A stretch of 64,000 nt of DNA, from positions 104,532,001 to 104,596,000 of the forward strand of contig OX597822.1 in the NCBI GenBank assembly GCA_951406725.2, written 5' to 3'. A program made the position numbers and the translations under genes. The notes beneath the pieces were generated by a model. That model did no database searches, was not told the DNA's origin, and saw only the letters and a list, made by a program, of their open reading frames with translations. Position 1 is the first letter of the stretch, and each line of letters opens with the position of its first letter. This DNA is from Octopus vulgaris (lineage: Eukaryota). Positions 43,184 through 56,975 of the stretch are shown here, piece after piece.

Positions 43184-43666
43184 GAATATCATAGTATTCC
43201 TCTCAGCACATCGCTCTGATGCCATTTCACTACTCCTGCCCATACTAAATATACCGAAAAAAGTAAATTACTGTCTTAATTTATATTAGGTATGAATCAA
43301 CTATGAGCAACATTTGAGTCACTTGATATTACCTTAGAAACGGTTTTTTTTTATTGATTGCGAAATCTCGCTACACATTGCAGCACATCAATTTAATGTA
43401 CTTTCATCGCCTAAATGAATCCATTCACTAAAGCATATTCATACACACACGTAAACACACACACACACAATCGTACGTACATATATACGCACACATACAC
43501 GCATATACAGACAGACACATTCATACACTGAATTACATCATATCTCTGTTTATGTATATCAACTCGTACATAAATGCATATAGCTATAAGATGCATAATC
43601 TCATATAGAATTACCTGCTTCAATGTATGTGTGTGTGTCATTCTACAGCTCTCTCTCTTTCTCTCG

Positions 43667-43724
<58 letters not shown>

Positions 43725-43860
43725 TAGATTTAGATATATGTATGTGCATATGAAAATGTATATATACATATATATATATGTTAATATACTATACACATAT
43801 AGACAGTCAGACAAATGGACAGATAGATAGACAGACAGATAGACAGATAGACAGACAGAC

Positions 43861-43945
<85 letters not shown>

Positions 43946-44684
43946 CGGGAGGCTGAAAAGTTCATAGGATGACTATGAAGCAATGATGCTAGAGTTTGAA
44001 TTCTTGCCTACATTAATTTCACCTCCGTATTAATAACTGCAACGTTTCTTTCCAGGTAAACTGACTCCCGACTGTTCAAGGAAGACTTCAAATGTAGCGG
44101 GTTACCTTGAAAATCGAAAAAATTTGGTATCGCGGTGTTGTGGATATCTGCAGAAAAAATTTAGCCGCCAATGCTGCTATTGTTAATATACTAAGGGATG
44201 ATGTACTGTGAAAAGTTGGCAGCTGAATTTAAAAGGGAAAAGGAGAGTCTTGAGGGTGATACAAGATCTGGAGGTCCTACTACTGCCACCGCAGTAGAAA
44301 ACATTGATCATTTTCATCACACAGTGAGGAATGACAGGCGACTGACAATAAATCAAATTGCCAATGCTGTTTGTATATCTTGAGAGAAAGAGTTGAGAAT
44401 ATTCTGCCCAATGAACTTGGCATGACAAAGGTTTCTGCTCAGTGGGTACCATGTCTTATGACACCTGATCAAACTACCCAAGTGGTAGTTTCTTAAACTA
44501 GTATGAGTGTTGGGTTCATCAGTTTGAGCCAGAGAAGAAGACACAATCCATGCAGTGGAACCTCTCTCCTCGTCTGCTCTAGAATGGGCCAAGGTCATTT
44601 CCTCTGCATGGAAGTTGATGACCTCGGCTTTTCGTATGCATGAGAGTATCTTGGTCAGCCTGTGAGCTTTTCAGCCAACTCTTG
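43946..44684 (+). mobile_element. Internally deleted mariner with both TIRs, TA TSD in a (GATA)n array
   Basis: TIRs GGCTGAAAAGTTCATAGGATGAC / GTCAGCCTGTGAGCTTTTCAGCC; peptide AEFKREKESLEGDTRSGGPTTA...NDRRLTINQIA...LGMTKVSAQWVP. Confidence 0.88.
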
Positions 44685-45368
44685 TAGATAGATATACAGA
44701 CAGACATACAGATAGATAATTAGACTGACATATAAATAATTAGAGATATACACACGTATGCATGCCTACACGTACATATAGTGAGGTTCGGTTGAACAAA
44801 TAGGAAATTGTCTCAATACAGGAGTACGTGTAAAATTCTTTTTAAATCACGAGACACTAACAAAAGAGCCTCATGGACTCACAGTTTTGTTCATGGCACT
44901 AATCAAACTGATTTCAATCGACTGGTTGTTATATAAACATCTTCTAAATCCACAGGTGTGTGAATTATTCCTACGTATAATAAGGACACCGGATTACCAC
45001 AGGTAAAATCACGTACGTAGTAATTCCAGATATGAAATATCTTCGAAGGAATCGATGTGTGTAAACCTATGTCTGATAAAACTGTCTCGCTGAAACAAGG
45101 AATACACAGGAATTAGCAGATGCTGCATGTCACAGAGAAACTGATAAACTCTGTGCGACATTGAAAGGAATCTATGTTATTAAAATGGCGGGATATTACA
45201 TGTTTTCACATATTAAGACCGTGTATAATTAGAACAGCGAAAATGAAATTAAGTGCTATCTACCATATCCGAATATATTTACACAAATAAATAACTGGTT
45301 ATATACACATCACCACCTGAGGGGGAAAGCTTATAAGATCTTGGACTATTGAGCAGAAAGCCATTATA

Positions 45369-45399
<31 letters not shown>

Positions 45400-45439
45400 T
45401 CTTTTTTGCACAAGGCCAGTAATTTCGTGTTAATGGGCC

Positions 45440-45686
45440 TACACTGAGCATGTACCTGTATACATAGGAAATAGAGAGGAGAGAGGTGTCCGCTTGTGAT
45501 GCCTTTGGTGTTCGGGGTGTCTAGGATGAGTGGGGTTCCTTGGTTGCCATTGAGTTAAGCTTTCATTTTGAGGGGATTTTATCGTTCGAAATTTTATTAT
45601 TTGTTATTTTTCACTCATTACGCACACTATATGTAAATCCCCACTATCCTTTGTATTTGTAGGCGGCCCTTATGGCCAACAAATAA

Positions 45687-45764
<78 letters not shown>

Positions 45765-45780
45765 TTCATTATTATTATTA
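45440..45780 (+). mobile_element. Probable LINE 3' end with AATAAA and (TTA)n tail
   Basis: GGCCCTTATGGCC hairpin then AAATAAA and a TTA array; no ORF left. Confidence 0.4.
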
Positions 45781-46050
45781 GTGAGGACGCACGGCCTAGT
45801 GGTTAGGGAGTGGCACACACGATCGCGATATCACGGTTTCAATTCCGAGACCGGATGGTGCGCTGTGTTCTTGAGCAAAACACTTCTACACCTGTTGCGT
45901 GATACATCGTACACCTGTTCGGACAACGTGGATTTGCTAAAAGAAGTGTGCTAACGCACGGCACGAACACTTGATCACTTTAAGCAAATCATTTGTGCAG
46001 GTCTTTGAGCAAAACCTGAACGCTCATACGTCATGTTTGACGAGAGAGAG
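45781..46050 (+). mobile_element. SINE with D-like head and distinct tail
   Basis: GGCCTAGTGGTTAGGG...GGTTTCAATTCC...TGTGTTCTTGAGCAAAACACTT. Confidence 0.7.
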
Positions 46051-46463
46051 GGTCTGTCATAAACAGCATTAAAGCGGAAAGCTGGCAGAGTCGTTAGCAC
46101 GCCGGGAAAAAATTTTGGCGGCATTTTGTCCGTCTTTACATTTTGAGTTCAAATTCCACCGAGATCGACTTTACCTTTGATTCTTTCGGCGTCGATAAAA
46201 TAAGTACCTCATCCCTTGAAAATGCTGGCCTTGTACCAAAATTTCAAACCGTTAGTCTTATTATTTCCGTAGGTATGCTGTTTTTCTTTCTTTTTTTTTT
46301 TTTAGTTCAAATATATATCCCGGGTGAAATTTGTTTTTCATTTCTTCAGAATCAATAAAATATAATACTTTCCCCTTTCTGGATCTGATGTAACAGACTA
46401 ACAACCTCCTATCAAAATTCCTTCCCTTGCGCTTTAATTAGAAACAACTACGTAATCATTGAA

Positions 46464-46878
46464 CTCTTTACTCTTTCTCTTTTTTACTCTTTTACTTGTT
46501 TCAGTCATTTGACTGCGGCCATGCTGGAGCACCGCCTTTAGTCGAGCAAATCGACCCCGAGACTTATTCTTTGTAAGTCCAGTACTTATTTTATCGGTCT
46601 CTTTTGCCGAACCGCTAAGTGACGGGGACGTAAACACACCAGCATCGGTTGTCAAGCAATGCTAGGGGGACAAACACAGACACACAAACACACACACACA
46701 TATATATACATACATATATACGACAGGCTTCTTTCAGTTTCCGTCTACCAAATCCACTCACAAGTCATTGTTCGGCCCGGGGCTATAGCAGAAGACACTT
46801 GCCCAAGGTGCCAACGCAGTGGGACTGAACCCGGGACCATGTGGTTGGTTAGCAAGCTACTTACCACACAGCCACTCC
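46464..46878 (-). mobile_element. SINE family B
   Basis: Reverse homology to B copies. Confidence 0.92.
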
Positions 46879-47594
46879 GAACTGTTGACGTTTGTTTTTG
46901 TTCTCATTTAGACCCCAACTTCTCTCATTTAGCACTTCTATGATCAAAGGCATTCTAACTCCGACCATTACATTTTGTTTCAGACGTATTTTATCTCAGA
47001 CACTATTTTCCGATATGTCTTTCCTTTATAAAGCATTACGGTGAGGCTGAGAGCGATTTGGCTGCTATGTCTAGTAGATTGGTTGATCAGGTACACGATA
47101 CATCATTGGTTTGTCTTCATGCTTATTACGTATGCTGCTGCTATTATCTACCATATCGGATTCTGATATCTACACTTAGCTACTACTATATAATCTCAAG
47201 TACTATTAATCTACTTCGAGTTTTATCTTTGTGTTAAAATAATCTAGAATATATCTGATTACTTTGGATATCTAACAAAAAATATTTACCTGGGTTTCAT
47301 GAAATAATACTTGCGATACTTTATTGTCTGGTAGTCATAATGACTTAATTCTTGATTTTGGCATAACATTATGAATATAAGAAATAAAAGTGGTAAGTAT
47401 ACTGAGAAGTAATGTTTACTGTCACTACAATAAAGCTGTTCCGTAAGAATCGACGCTACTAACGTTTTTAAAACCAGGGTATAATTTTCACCCGATCTAT
47501 ATTAAAAGTAGGGAATAAATTTATTTAACTAGCTAATTTGTTTGTAGGAATTGTTAGCTGGAGCGGATTACTGTTACCTCTAGCGGACGGGTGT

Positions 47595-47640
47595 CCACTA
47601 ATAAGGATGAGCACAAATATACCGAAACCGTACAGTGTGG
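47595..47640 (+). ncRNA. Heavily decayed hammerhead-like motif
   Basis: CCA-CTAATAA-GG...CC-GAA-ACCGTACAGT-G-TGG; needs four reversions to be canonical; outer arms CTAGCGGACG/CGTCCACTAG. Confidence 0.35.
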
Positions 47641-47973
47641 TAGTCCTTCTCGTCCACTAGAAGATGTTGGGGGTTCACTACCTTGCTAGCTATATATATC
47701 GGGTGGTGACTGCATCGATAACTAGCTGGAGCAGGCTCTTCCTGGGATTTAAAACGGTAGTAAATTATGAATATATTATATATAGATGCGTTTGGCTGAA
47801 AAGAGGTGATCGAAGGCGTTAGCAGAATGCCTCTCGGGCACAGACCTAGACTTTATCATCATAGGTTGGGCCATCGGAACGAGGGTGCATGTTGTCAGAT
47901 ACGAGATACTCAGTAACTCCAGAGTGAGACATTGTCGATGAATCCGAGTATTGCTTCTGTAAATGTATGTTAA

Positions 47974-48278
47974 ATGGAGGTGCAATGGCCCAGTGGTTAG
48001 GACAGCGGACTTGCGGTCGGATGATTGCGGTTTCGATTCCCAGACCGGACGTTGTGTGTGTTTATTGAGCGAAAACACCTAAAAGCTCCACGAGGCTCCG
48101 GTAGGGGATGGTGGTGACCTCTGTTGTACTCTTTCGCCACAACCTTCCCTCACTCTTTCTTCCTGCTTCTTGAGTAACGCTGCGATGGTCTGGTGTCCCG
48201 TCCAGCCGGGGGGAACACATACGCCACAGAAACCGGGAAACCGAGCCCATTGAGCCTGGCTAGGCTTGAAAAGGGCGA
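47974..48278 (+). mobile_element. SINE with A head and tail type 3
   Basis: A head, then TGCGATGGTCTGGTGTCCCGTCCAG...CAGAAACCGGGAAACCG. Confidence 0.88.
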
Positions 48279-48894
48279 GAAAAAAATGTATGTTAAACTA
48301 TGCAGATAATATATACATGGAATATAGAATAACACCTTTCCACTGCGAAAGGATTCGGCTGTTTCTATTTTTCACATGTTATGCTGTCGAGAATAATGCT
48401 AGCATTATTCATAGTGAAAAGACTGTGGGTGAAGTCCTTGAGAAACTGTGACTCAATATCTCAAACCTTAACAGGTGACGAACTGGGTATCATCACTTAA
48501 CTATGGAGAAGAAAAACAGAGCAACTGCACCTGCTCAGTTTCCATTCGTGAAGGGTTTATTTGCTATAGAACTATTATCATTAATCTTTCATACGTCTGA
48601 AAAGAATTAACTCAGCAGCGTATACATGGTTATTCTATTCCCTTTAAATATTTTAATTAAGATTTGTTCCTCTGTGATATAAACACAATTGGCCAATAAA
48701 TTATTGTTATAAAAGACTGTTGTTCTTATTATCTGCCCTCGTACCAAATCATGAAATTACAGTACCAAATTTTATAACCAAAGACAATTTGTGAGATTGG
48801 ATTCGCTAAACATTATTAAAGTGCAGGACGTGTTGAGCATGTAATTGTGAGGCTGGTGTTTTTTTTTTTTTTTGTTTGTTGAGAGAAGCTGCTG

Positions 48895-49250
48895 TTGTTG
48901 CTGTTGAGCGTAGCGGTCTTCGTCCAGTGGGAGAAGTCCGAAACGTGCTCCTTTGCTATTTGTAAGACCTGCAGAAGAGAAAGCAAGTCAACCCCCGACC
49001 CGGATGGATGAATGCGCATCCAGGCTCAGCGGTTGCGTAGGAAGTCGGGGACAAGAAACAGGAAGAAAGAGTGAGTGAAAGTTGGGGCGAAAGAGTACAG
49101 CAGGGGTCGCCACCACCCCCTGCCGGAGCCTCGTGGAGCTTTAGGTGTTTTCGCTCAATAAACACACACAACACCCGGTCTGGGAATCGAAACCGCGATC
49201 ATCCGACCGCGAGTCCGCTGCCCTAACCATTGGGCCATTGCGCCTCCACT
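48895..49250 (-). mobile_element. SINE with A head and tail type 4, (CAG/CAA)n end
   Basis: A head on minus strand, unique 3' half. Confidence 0.85.
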
Positions 49251-49559
49251 GTGGCTGGTGTCCAGTCTGTCGTACCACAAGGGCGTACAAAGAAAACGAA
49301 CCGGTGAACGATGTAAAGTATGAATGGTGGAACCTCTATGTAGTTATGTGGCTAGAAATAGAAGTTAAATCTTTATCAGATCAGACTCACCTTATATAAT
49401 GAATAACTACTTTACATAGCGTAATGCTATGGATTCCTAAAAAGATGGTTTGTTCGCGTGAAAGCATTTCATTATAGGTCATCTCGATTAGGGTTGCTGA
49501 ACGGCCAATAACAAGCAACGTCGATGACAATAACCACAACATAGTTCGTGAAATATCTT

Positions 49560-49955
49560 TCTTTTTTTTCTATTTTCTTTTTCTAGTTTCAGCTCACGAG
49601 CTGTGGCCATGCTGGGGCACCGCCATTCGGTGTTGATACATGATTTTACTTCACGAATGTTTTTTAGCAAATGCCATTTGGTGCATGAGAGAGTTTGATG
49701 CAGCTGTCCTCATCTGCACCTCCTGCCGTGAAGTTGGTTCATCTGGGACACCTGACAGGAAGAGATCCAGTTTTATTTTAAAGACATCTGCATCCACCCC
49801 ATGCAGGTCTCTCAGGTCCTTCGGGGGGATATTGAAGAGCTGTGGACCTCTGAAGCCCAGGCTATCACAGTGTCTCGTCCTACAACTTGATGGCAAATTT
49901 GGAGTCCTTGGCACTATGCAGTGGCGCCCAGTTCTAGTATTTGTGTAACTCTCAT
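49560..49955 (-). mobile_element. 5'-truncated CR1-like LINE 3' end
   Basis: ORF2 C-terminus SLGFRGPQLFNIPPKDLRDLHGVDADVFKIKLDLFLSGVPDEP, short 3' UTR with two hairpins, A-rich tail. Confidence 0.85.
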
Positions 49956-50070
49956 TGCATTGATTTAATATATTCCAGGAGGAAGACAGACACCTTCTGC
50001 AAATAACGAACTAATATTGAAATCGTTCTCGTTTTGAGTTTTGACTGACTACTTCTTCAGCAGCAAGATA

Positions 50071-50440
50071 TCTCTCTATATATAAACGGCAGTTTGTCTG
50101 TGTGTGTTTCTGTGTGTCTGTTAGGTTGTACCCTCACCCTGACCACGGCTTTCAACCGATTCTGATGAAACTTGACACACACATAGCCTAATGTCATAAT
50201 TCAAAAGTAACGCAGCGAAAATTTTGAAAATTTCCCCCGGTTCTGAAAAAATCGATAAATTCGACATGGGGTCGAGAATCAGAAACACAAACCACAGACT
50301 GTCTAGGGGACGCAACTCGACCTTTTTAACTAAAAAAAAATTTACCATCATTTTTTTTCCATTTTTTGGTTATAACTCTCTAAAAATGCTTTATAGTTAC
50401 TTCCCTTACAAACCCGAGCAACGCCGGGCGATACTGCTAG
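50071..50440 (+). mobile_element. Non-autonomous Helitron, complete
   Basis: A|TC start, CCCGAGCAACGCCGGG hairpin 8 nt before CTAG|T end, no TSD. Confidence 0.88.
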
Positions 50441-50798
50441 TCAGTATATAAAAGCAGAGAGTCGGAAATAGAGTAATATGACAACAAATCCTGACAAATA
50501 TCAAAATACAAAAACCTCGCATATGGTGAACATTAGGCTGTTAATCTCCAAATATGGCCTCGCCATCGATCATTCAGCCCCATAAGTAAATTACAAGATA
50601 CCTACTGAATTTTTTACATTACTACTTAAATTTATTACCTTCGTATCTTCTACGTCTTAATTATTTCCTTCTTCTACGACTGAGAATCCACTTCATGTTT
50701 GTTAAAAAGGTTAGGCATGCTGTATGCCTTAGCACGTATATACGTATATGTATGTGTGTGTGTATATTTGTATACATACATACACACACATGTATGTA

Positions 50799-50858
<60 letters not shown>

Positions 50859-50940
50859 TATATACATATATATACATATATATATATACATATATATATG
50901 TATATATATATACATATATATATATACATATACATACATC

Positions 50941-50978
<38 letters not shown>

Positions 50979-50979
50979 G

Positions 50980-51024
<45 letters not shown>

Positions 51025-51515
51025 TACGTACATACACATTAATTATTATGAACCTTTGAATATATGACCTTTCGTGTTTCTTCTCTGGATAATGAAATAG
51101 TGTTGTAGCCATAATTTCTGGTCAGATTCGTTTGATATTGCTAACGCTTCATTGATTTCCCACCCAGGTAGTTTATTAGCTTGAACAAATCTTTACGTAA
51201 TTTCAAATCTACCTTTCACAGAGTTAGTACTTCGAAAGAAATCAATATACACCTGTCGCTACTTTATTTTCACACATAAATATCATATCTTGTTGATGTA
51301 GAGAAATGATTCCATCTATAGCCTCATCTACGTTTTAAATATTCAAGGCTAAGAGAATTTAAAACACATAGTACTTGAGAGCTACGATCAGAGAGAAAAG
51401 CAGGAAGTTGAAGATATATTTATTGCGTGTTCGTTTCATTTTAGCATTAAATCTTTTGAAGATTAACTACGGGAGTTTCACAGAGGAACAGTTGAGCAGC
51501 ATGGTATCGCCGTTT

Positions 51516-51717
51516 GGCGGTGAGCTGGCAGAAACGTTAGCACGCCGGGCGAAATGCTTAGCGGTATTTCGTCTGCCGCTACGTTCTGAGTTCAAATTCC
51601 ACCCAGGTCGACTTTGCCTTTCATCTTTTCGGGGTCTATATAATCTCGACTTAATCCATTTGTTTGTCCTTGTTCGTCCCCTCTGTGTTTAGCCCCTTGT
51701 GGGTTGTAAAGAAATTG
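51516..51717 (+). mobile_element. SINE family C with small internal deletion
   Basis: Homology to C copies. Confidence 0.88.
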
Positions 51718-52601
51718 GTATCACAAATCACAGAAGTAAAACTTATGATAATTCATAATTTAATGTTTAGGTCGAAACGGTCTAGTATGAATTAAGTGGA
51801 TCTGGGAATTTCAAAGTTGATAGCGAGTTCAACAGTCGAATGACGGATCCGAAATTCGTATTCGTTTCCGATATTGCATTGTCTCAATTGTCAACTCTAA
51901 CTTGTTGTAAATAATTACCGTGGGTGTTAAGTTCAAATTTAATTTCAAACGTAAATGTCAATTCTTCTTGTGAGTAACATTGTGGAGATGGACGAGATCT
52001 AATAGACTACTAGGCATTAAATATATCATATGTTGACAAGTTTTCGATGTCTCTAACACCTTATAGATTATAGATATAACCGTATGACATTTTAAATAAA
52101 CTACTGACGTAAGTTTGTATCTAATAATCGCCTTAATAATCGAAAGAGAGTCGTGAACAATATAAATGAAATTATATTAAATAAGAAAGCAGAAGATGGA
52201 TAGACATATAGATACGAATTTGCATTTGCGTGTGTCGATACTGAGAATGGCAAGTTAGAAGTGTAAGCATGGCACCCTGGTTAAAATATTCGTTTCGCTA
52301 GTATATGACTTCGTGTTTGATTCCACAGCACGATACCTTCATTAAGATTATTTTCCTTCTACCATTGAATCTAACATGTCTTTGTAAATTCAATAATCTA
52401 GTCAAAGAGACTCTTCTTCTGAAATAAACGTCTTCGGTAATAGACTTAATCTGTGACTCAGATTAGCAGCATCGCTTGGTTCGTGGTTACTTCTAGCAGA
52501 GCCCACTTTGGGCCAGATCAATTCGGTGAGAACAACTTCCTCCCTTCACGCTTGCAATCTCGGAGGCACTGAGAAAAGCCAACGAGGCATTCTTCTTCCT
52601 C

Positions 52602-52731
52602 TAATTATGATATATATCTTTGTTAATTATGAAAATATCTTTGATAATATATCTTTGATAATTATGAATATATCTTTCATAACTATGAATATATTCATAA
52701 TAAATCATTGATAATTATGAATATATCTTTG
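52602..52731. repeat. ~21-bp minisatellite
   Basis: GATAATTATGAATATATCTTT-like unit, ~6 degenerate copies. Confidence 0.75.
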
Positions 52732-52904
52732 AAAGCAAAAAGTAACATAATTTTATGGTGATGGATCAAGTTAAACGCTTTGAAACTAACAGAGACTGAA
52801 TGAGATAACTGATGTACATTCTTAAACTATCTTATTCGTATACATTAAAATAAGACAATGCGTCAAGGTCACTTTTCAGTTTTTAACAAATATCATATAT
52901 ATTC

Positions 52905-53481
52905 CTTCCTTCTCTAGGCACAGGGCCTAAAATTTTGGGTAGGGAGGGCAGTCGCTTAGATCGACTCCAGTACGTAACTGGTGCTTAATTTATCGATTGC
53001 CAAAGGATGAAAGGCAAAGTCAACCTCCACAGAATTTGAACTCAGAAATGAAGACAGACGAAATACCTATTTCTTTACTGCCCACAAGAGACTACACACA
53101 GAGGGGACAAACAATGACAGACAAACGGTTTAAGTCGATTATATCGACCTCAGTGCGTAACTGGTACATATTTAATCGACCCCGAAAGGATGAAAGGCAA
53201 AGTTGACCTCGGCGGAATTTGAACTCAGAACGTAGTTGCTGACGAAATACCTATTTCTTTACTACCCACAAGGGGCTAAACACAGAGGAGACAAACAATG
53301 ATAGATAGACGGATTAAGTCAATTATATCTACCCCAGTGCGTAACTGGTACTTAATTAATCGACCCCGAAGGGATGACAGGCTAAGTCGACCTCGGCATA
53401 ATTTGAACTCAGAACGTAACGTTAGACGAAATACGGTTACGCATTTCGCCGGCGTGCTAACGTTTCTGCCAGGTTACCGCC
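52905..53481 (-). mobile_element. SINE family C trimer with mixed tails
   Basis: Junction GACGAAATACCTATTTCTTT at ~53057 and ~53241; last unit carries the alternative CCTAGAGAGAAGG-type tail. Confidence 0.88.
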
Positions 53482-54819
53482 TTAAATATCTTATATATTA
53501 AATTCAGAAAGTTATAAGTAAATTTCTTTTTCACTTTCAAGGTTTGTTTACTTCCATACTTAATGTCGAATCCTGCAGTAAAATCTTAGCCACTAATGAA
53601 TGTGATCTGCATTTTGTATTAGTGGATTGAAAGCTTATGTTTGCTCTATTTTTCAATCATTTAAATTGTCTTTTACGTTTGCATTTGCGTTTGAAGACCT
53701 GTTGTGTCCAGAATTTTCTATCTTCCTATAAAAGAGGTAAGTTTTCTTTTTCTTTTTTTTACAAATCCAGTCGTTAAATATTCCGGTAGTTTTGGGGTTA
53801 AATCTAAATATATTGAAAAATGTTTATCTTGATTTAGGTTTTACTCTCCTCAGATCTCAATTATCTGTAAGTTTTGTGCTTTCTATTCAAATTGTAATGA
53901 AAGTTAGTGGAAATGCTTTTTGAACAAGGATGCTTTTCAAATTGACCAGTCTTTGATCACGTTTAGCAGAATCTAATACTATTGTAGACATTCTTTAAAT
54001 AAGTTGAATGGAATGATTACTCTTGTATATACAAGTTCTAAGAAGACTAAAATCTACTCCCCACTCCCGAAAAAAATCAAATGTCTTACCATAAGTCACA
54101 TCGTTTAGCCCTAGAAACGCTGAAATATCTAATCTTATTCGTAATAGCGAATTTATATGAAGAAAATGGAACAATTTCGGAAAAATCAACGAGTCTTCAA
54201 AAGCAAAAGATAATCTACCACACTGAAAATATATTTATTTGGGCAAAATTTCAAGAACAAATTTCTGAACAAATTCTTACATAATTCGTGAGGTCAAATA
54301 ATGGTAATTGCATACAATTGACAGAGCAATAAAAGTTTACGTTTAATCGATCGTACACAAATCTTTAAAGAGAAAGTATATTTTAATTGTAGGATTCAGA
54401 AGTTAATCCATGTAATAAAATATTATGAATGCCTGAAAAATTGCATAGAACAAATAGGATTGTCACTAAACTAATGAATAACATTAACCCAGCAACATAA
54501 AATTATGGAGATATCCGAGAAATTCCATTAAGTGGAATTGTTGCGATATGTGCTATAATAAACGTACTTAATTTTAACAAATTATCGCTATAATGTTTAG
54601 ATGTAGCTACAAAGTATAAGTGAATCACCAACGAAAAACAATTCATTAATAAATATATGCCGGGTTTTAGCGTTTGATTAATTGTAATTATGAAAAAATC
54701 CATTGAAGGCCCTACTGGAATTGACACCAAACTTTCGCTTCGAGAGCTATACTAACTCCATGAACTGGATTTCCCTGCACTGTTCCAAAAGTCCCAGCTA
54801 TTCTGTTTAGAGTGAGGTC

Positions 54820-55089
54820 CCACAGCTATTTAATTCTTTGCCAAAAAATCTAAGAGATCTTCATGGAGAAGGGGTAGATGTTTTCATGCAACAACTTGAT
54901 CTCTTGCTTTCGAACGTCCCAAATGAACCTATATCACGGCAAGAATCACAAAAGAGGGCAGCGTTGTCGACCTCCTTTCTTCATCAATGGCCAGTCACAT
55001 TGGAATAGACACTGAAAAGGGAATTACACTGGCGGTACTCCGGCACGACTACAGCCTCTGGGCTGAAACTTATTAAAGAATAAGAAGAA
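54820..55089 (+). mobile_element. Second CR1-like LINE 3' end (not in ORF track)
   Basis: 54820-55008 reads PQLFNSLPKNLRDLHGEGVDVFMQQLDLLLSNVPNEPISRQESQKRAALSTSFLHQWPVTLE*; homologous to 49651-49914. Confidence 0.85.
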
Positions 55090-55176
55090 TTACAGAGTGG
55101 TTACCATAAACACTGCTATGGAGACATGACTGTTGCAAACTGTCACAGATTTTCCGAAAATACTTAAATACTATAT

Positions 55177-55407
55177 TTATTTCTTTATTGCCCACTGGGG
55201 GCTAAACATAGGGGGGACAAACAAGGACAGACAAAGGGGTTAAGTCGATTACATCGACCCAAGTGCGTAACTGGCACTTATTTAATCGACCCCGAAAGGA
55301 TGAAAGGCAAAGTCGACCTCGGCGGAATTTGAACTCAGAACGTAGTGGCAGACAAAGTACTACTAAGTATTTCGCCTGGCGTGCTAACGTTTCTGCCAGC
55401 TGGCCGC
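55177..55407 (-). mobile_element. SINE family C, full length
   Basis: Reverse homology. Confidence 0.9.
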
Positions 55408-56721
55408 TTTCTTAAATACAATATTATTCATTCAATATGAAGAGAACAAAGAGACAAATCCGGTTAGAAGAAATATTATGCACGGTTATTGTATTGGACT
55501 CATTTCTCGTGACATGTTACAATTCTCATCACATGTTACGATTCAAAAATTATTCATATTTGTGACGAGAAAAGTAGCATAATATAGGCTTCCAAACGTT
55601 GCCGTTTCTGATTTCATTGAGTTCATGTGTGAACATGCAACAAATCTTGATAGGCAAAACAGATCAAGGTGCCATATTATATGATTCTATAAAAAAGTAG
55701 ATTAAGTATTTAAGTTTTATTAATAGCAAAATCAACTGATACGTACACCAGAATAAATTATGAAAGTAGCCCGTAATTTACCTTTATATAAAATTTTTTC
55801 GGCGTTGGTGATTTTGTCAGTTACAATGTTATTGTTATTACCCCTTGCTCCCTAGTACAAAATGCAGCGAGAAAACGCTACTTGTTTCGATTTCATTCAG
55901 AATATGAGACCATAAATATCTTGAAAGATTACAGTTAGACTAAGGAATATTACTGTTCCAAAGTAATCCTAAACATCGACGAAATATGGAAAACAATAAA
56001 AAATTATGAAATTCGAACAGATTTGTGTTTCCAGACTTCCAAGTTTATTATATTTCTCTTCTTATTTTTGCTGAAGACGCTTTGCTGTGAATTGGAGATG
56101 ACTTTACTGAAGATACTTTGTTTTCTATGGATAAAAAGAATGTGATCGATTTAACAAGTTTCAGCTATGTTTGGTGCCTTATTAGAGATAAGCTTTTTAA
56201 TTTTGTTGATCGCAGTCTGCATAGTAACTTTCTGTTATTTACAGTCTGCACAAAGTCGGATAGATATACATTCTTTGTCATAATTTGCACAAGTTTGAAA
56301 TCGTTAATATGAAATAATTAGTAGGAGCACCTCATGACATTGAGATAAATATAATGTGAGTTAAACTTACTTCTATGACAATCTTATAAAGATAATAACA
56401 CAAATACGTAGTTTATTCCTGGTGTCTACTTTTCACAAACAGACTAAAAATATGTGCTTACTAAAAATATCCCCCTTTCATACGTTTAATACACAAGTAT
56501 ATTTGTCCCCATACAGAGTAAACAATTGTGCCCCCGTGCAACATCGGCTTTTGTTCTTTATATCTGGCTCCTTCTTACGTATAGTGTTACTCGGTCATAT
56601 AATCAGGTTCTAACCTTAGACGACAAATGCAGTAACATTAAAAACAGGCATTCTCTATGAGGTTAATATCTCGTGAAAGAGTATCTCTTCCCCAGCCTCT
56701 CTCCTGCTATATATATATATC

Positions 56722-56926
56722 AGGACGCCATGATAGATCGTTAGCTCCTACACGCATTTTTTTCTCTCCTTGTTTTTTTCTGTGCATCTTTCTGTCGAAG
56801 AGCGTAGGCTCGAAACGTAAACGGACTTATTCTATTTCTATTCCTGAGCGCCATACTAAAACATTTGTTTGTTTGTACTCCACCTGCCTTCGTCTTTTGT
56901 TTATTTTCGTAAACCTTCCTGTTATA

Positions 56927-56928
<2 letters not shown>
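56722..56928 (+). mobile_element. Hammerhead-carrying repeat, copy 3 (motif 56787-56825)
   Basis: TCTTT-CTGTCGA-A-GAGC(GTAG)GCTC-GAAACGTA-AACGG; flanked by (TA)n. Confidence 0.78.

Positions 56929-56975
<47 letters not shown>

Noticed and set aside
53589-53626. CCACTAATG...TATTAGTGG hairpin as pre-miRNA
   Set aside because: Stem too short; no recognisable mature miRNA
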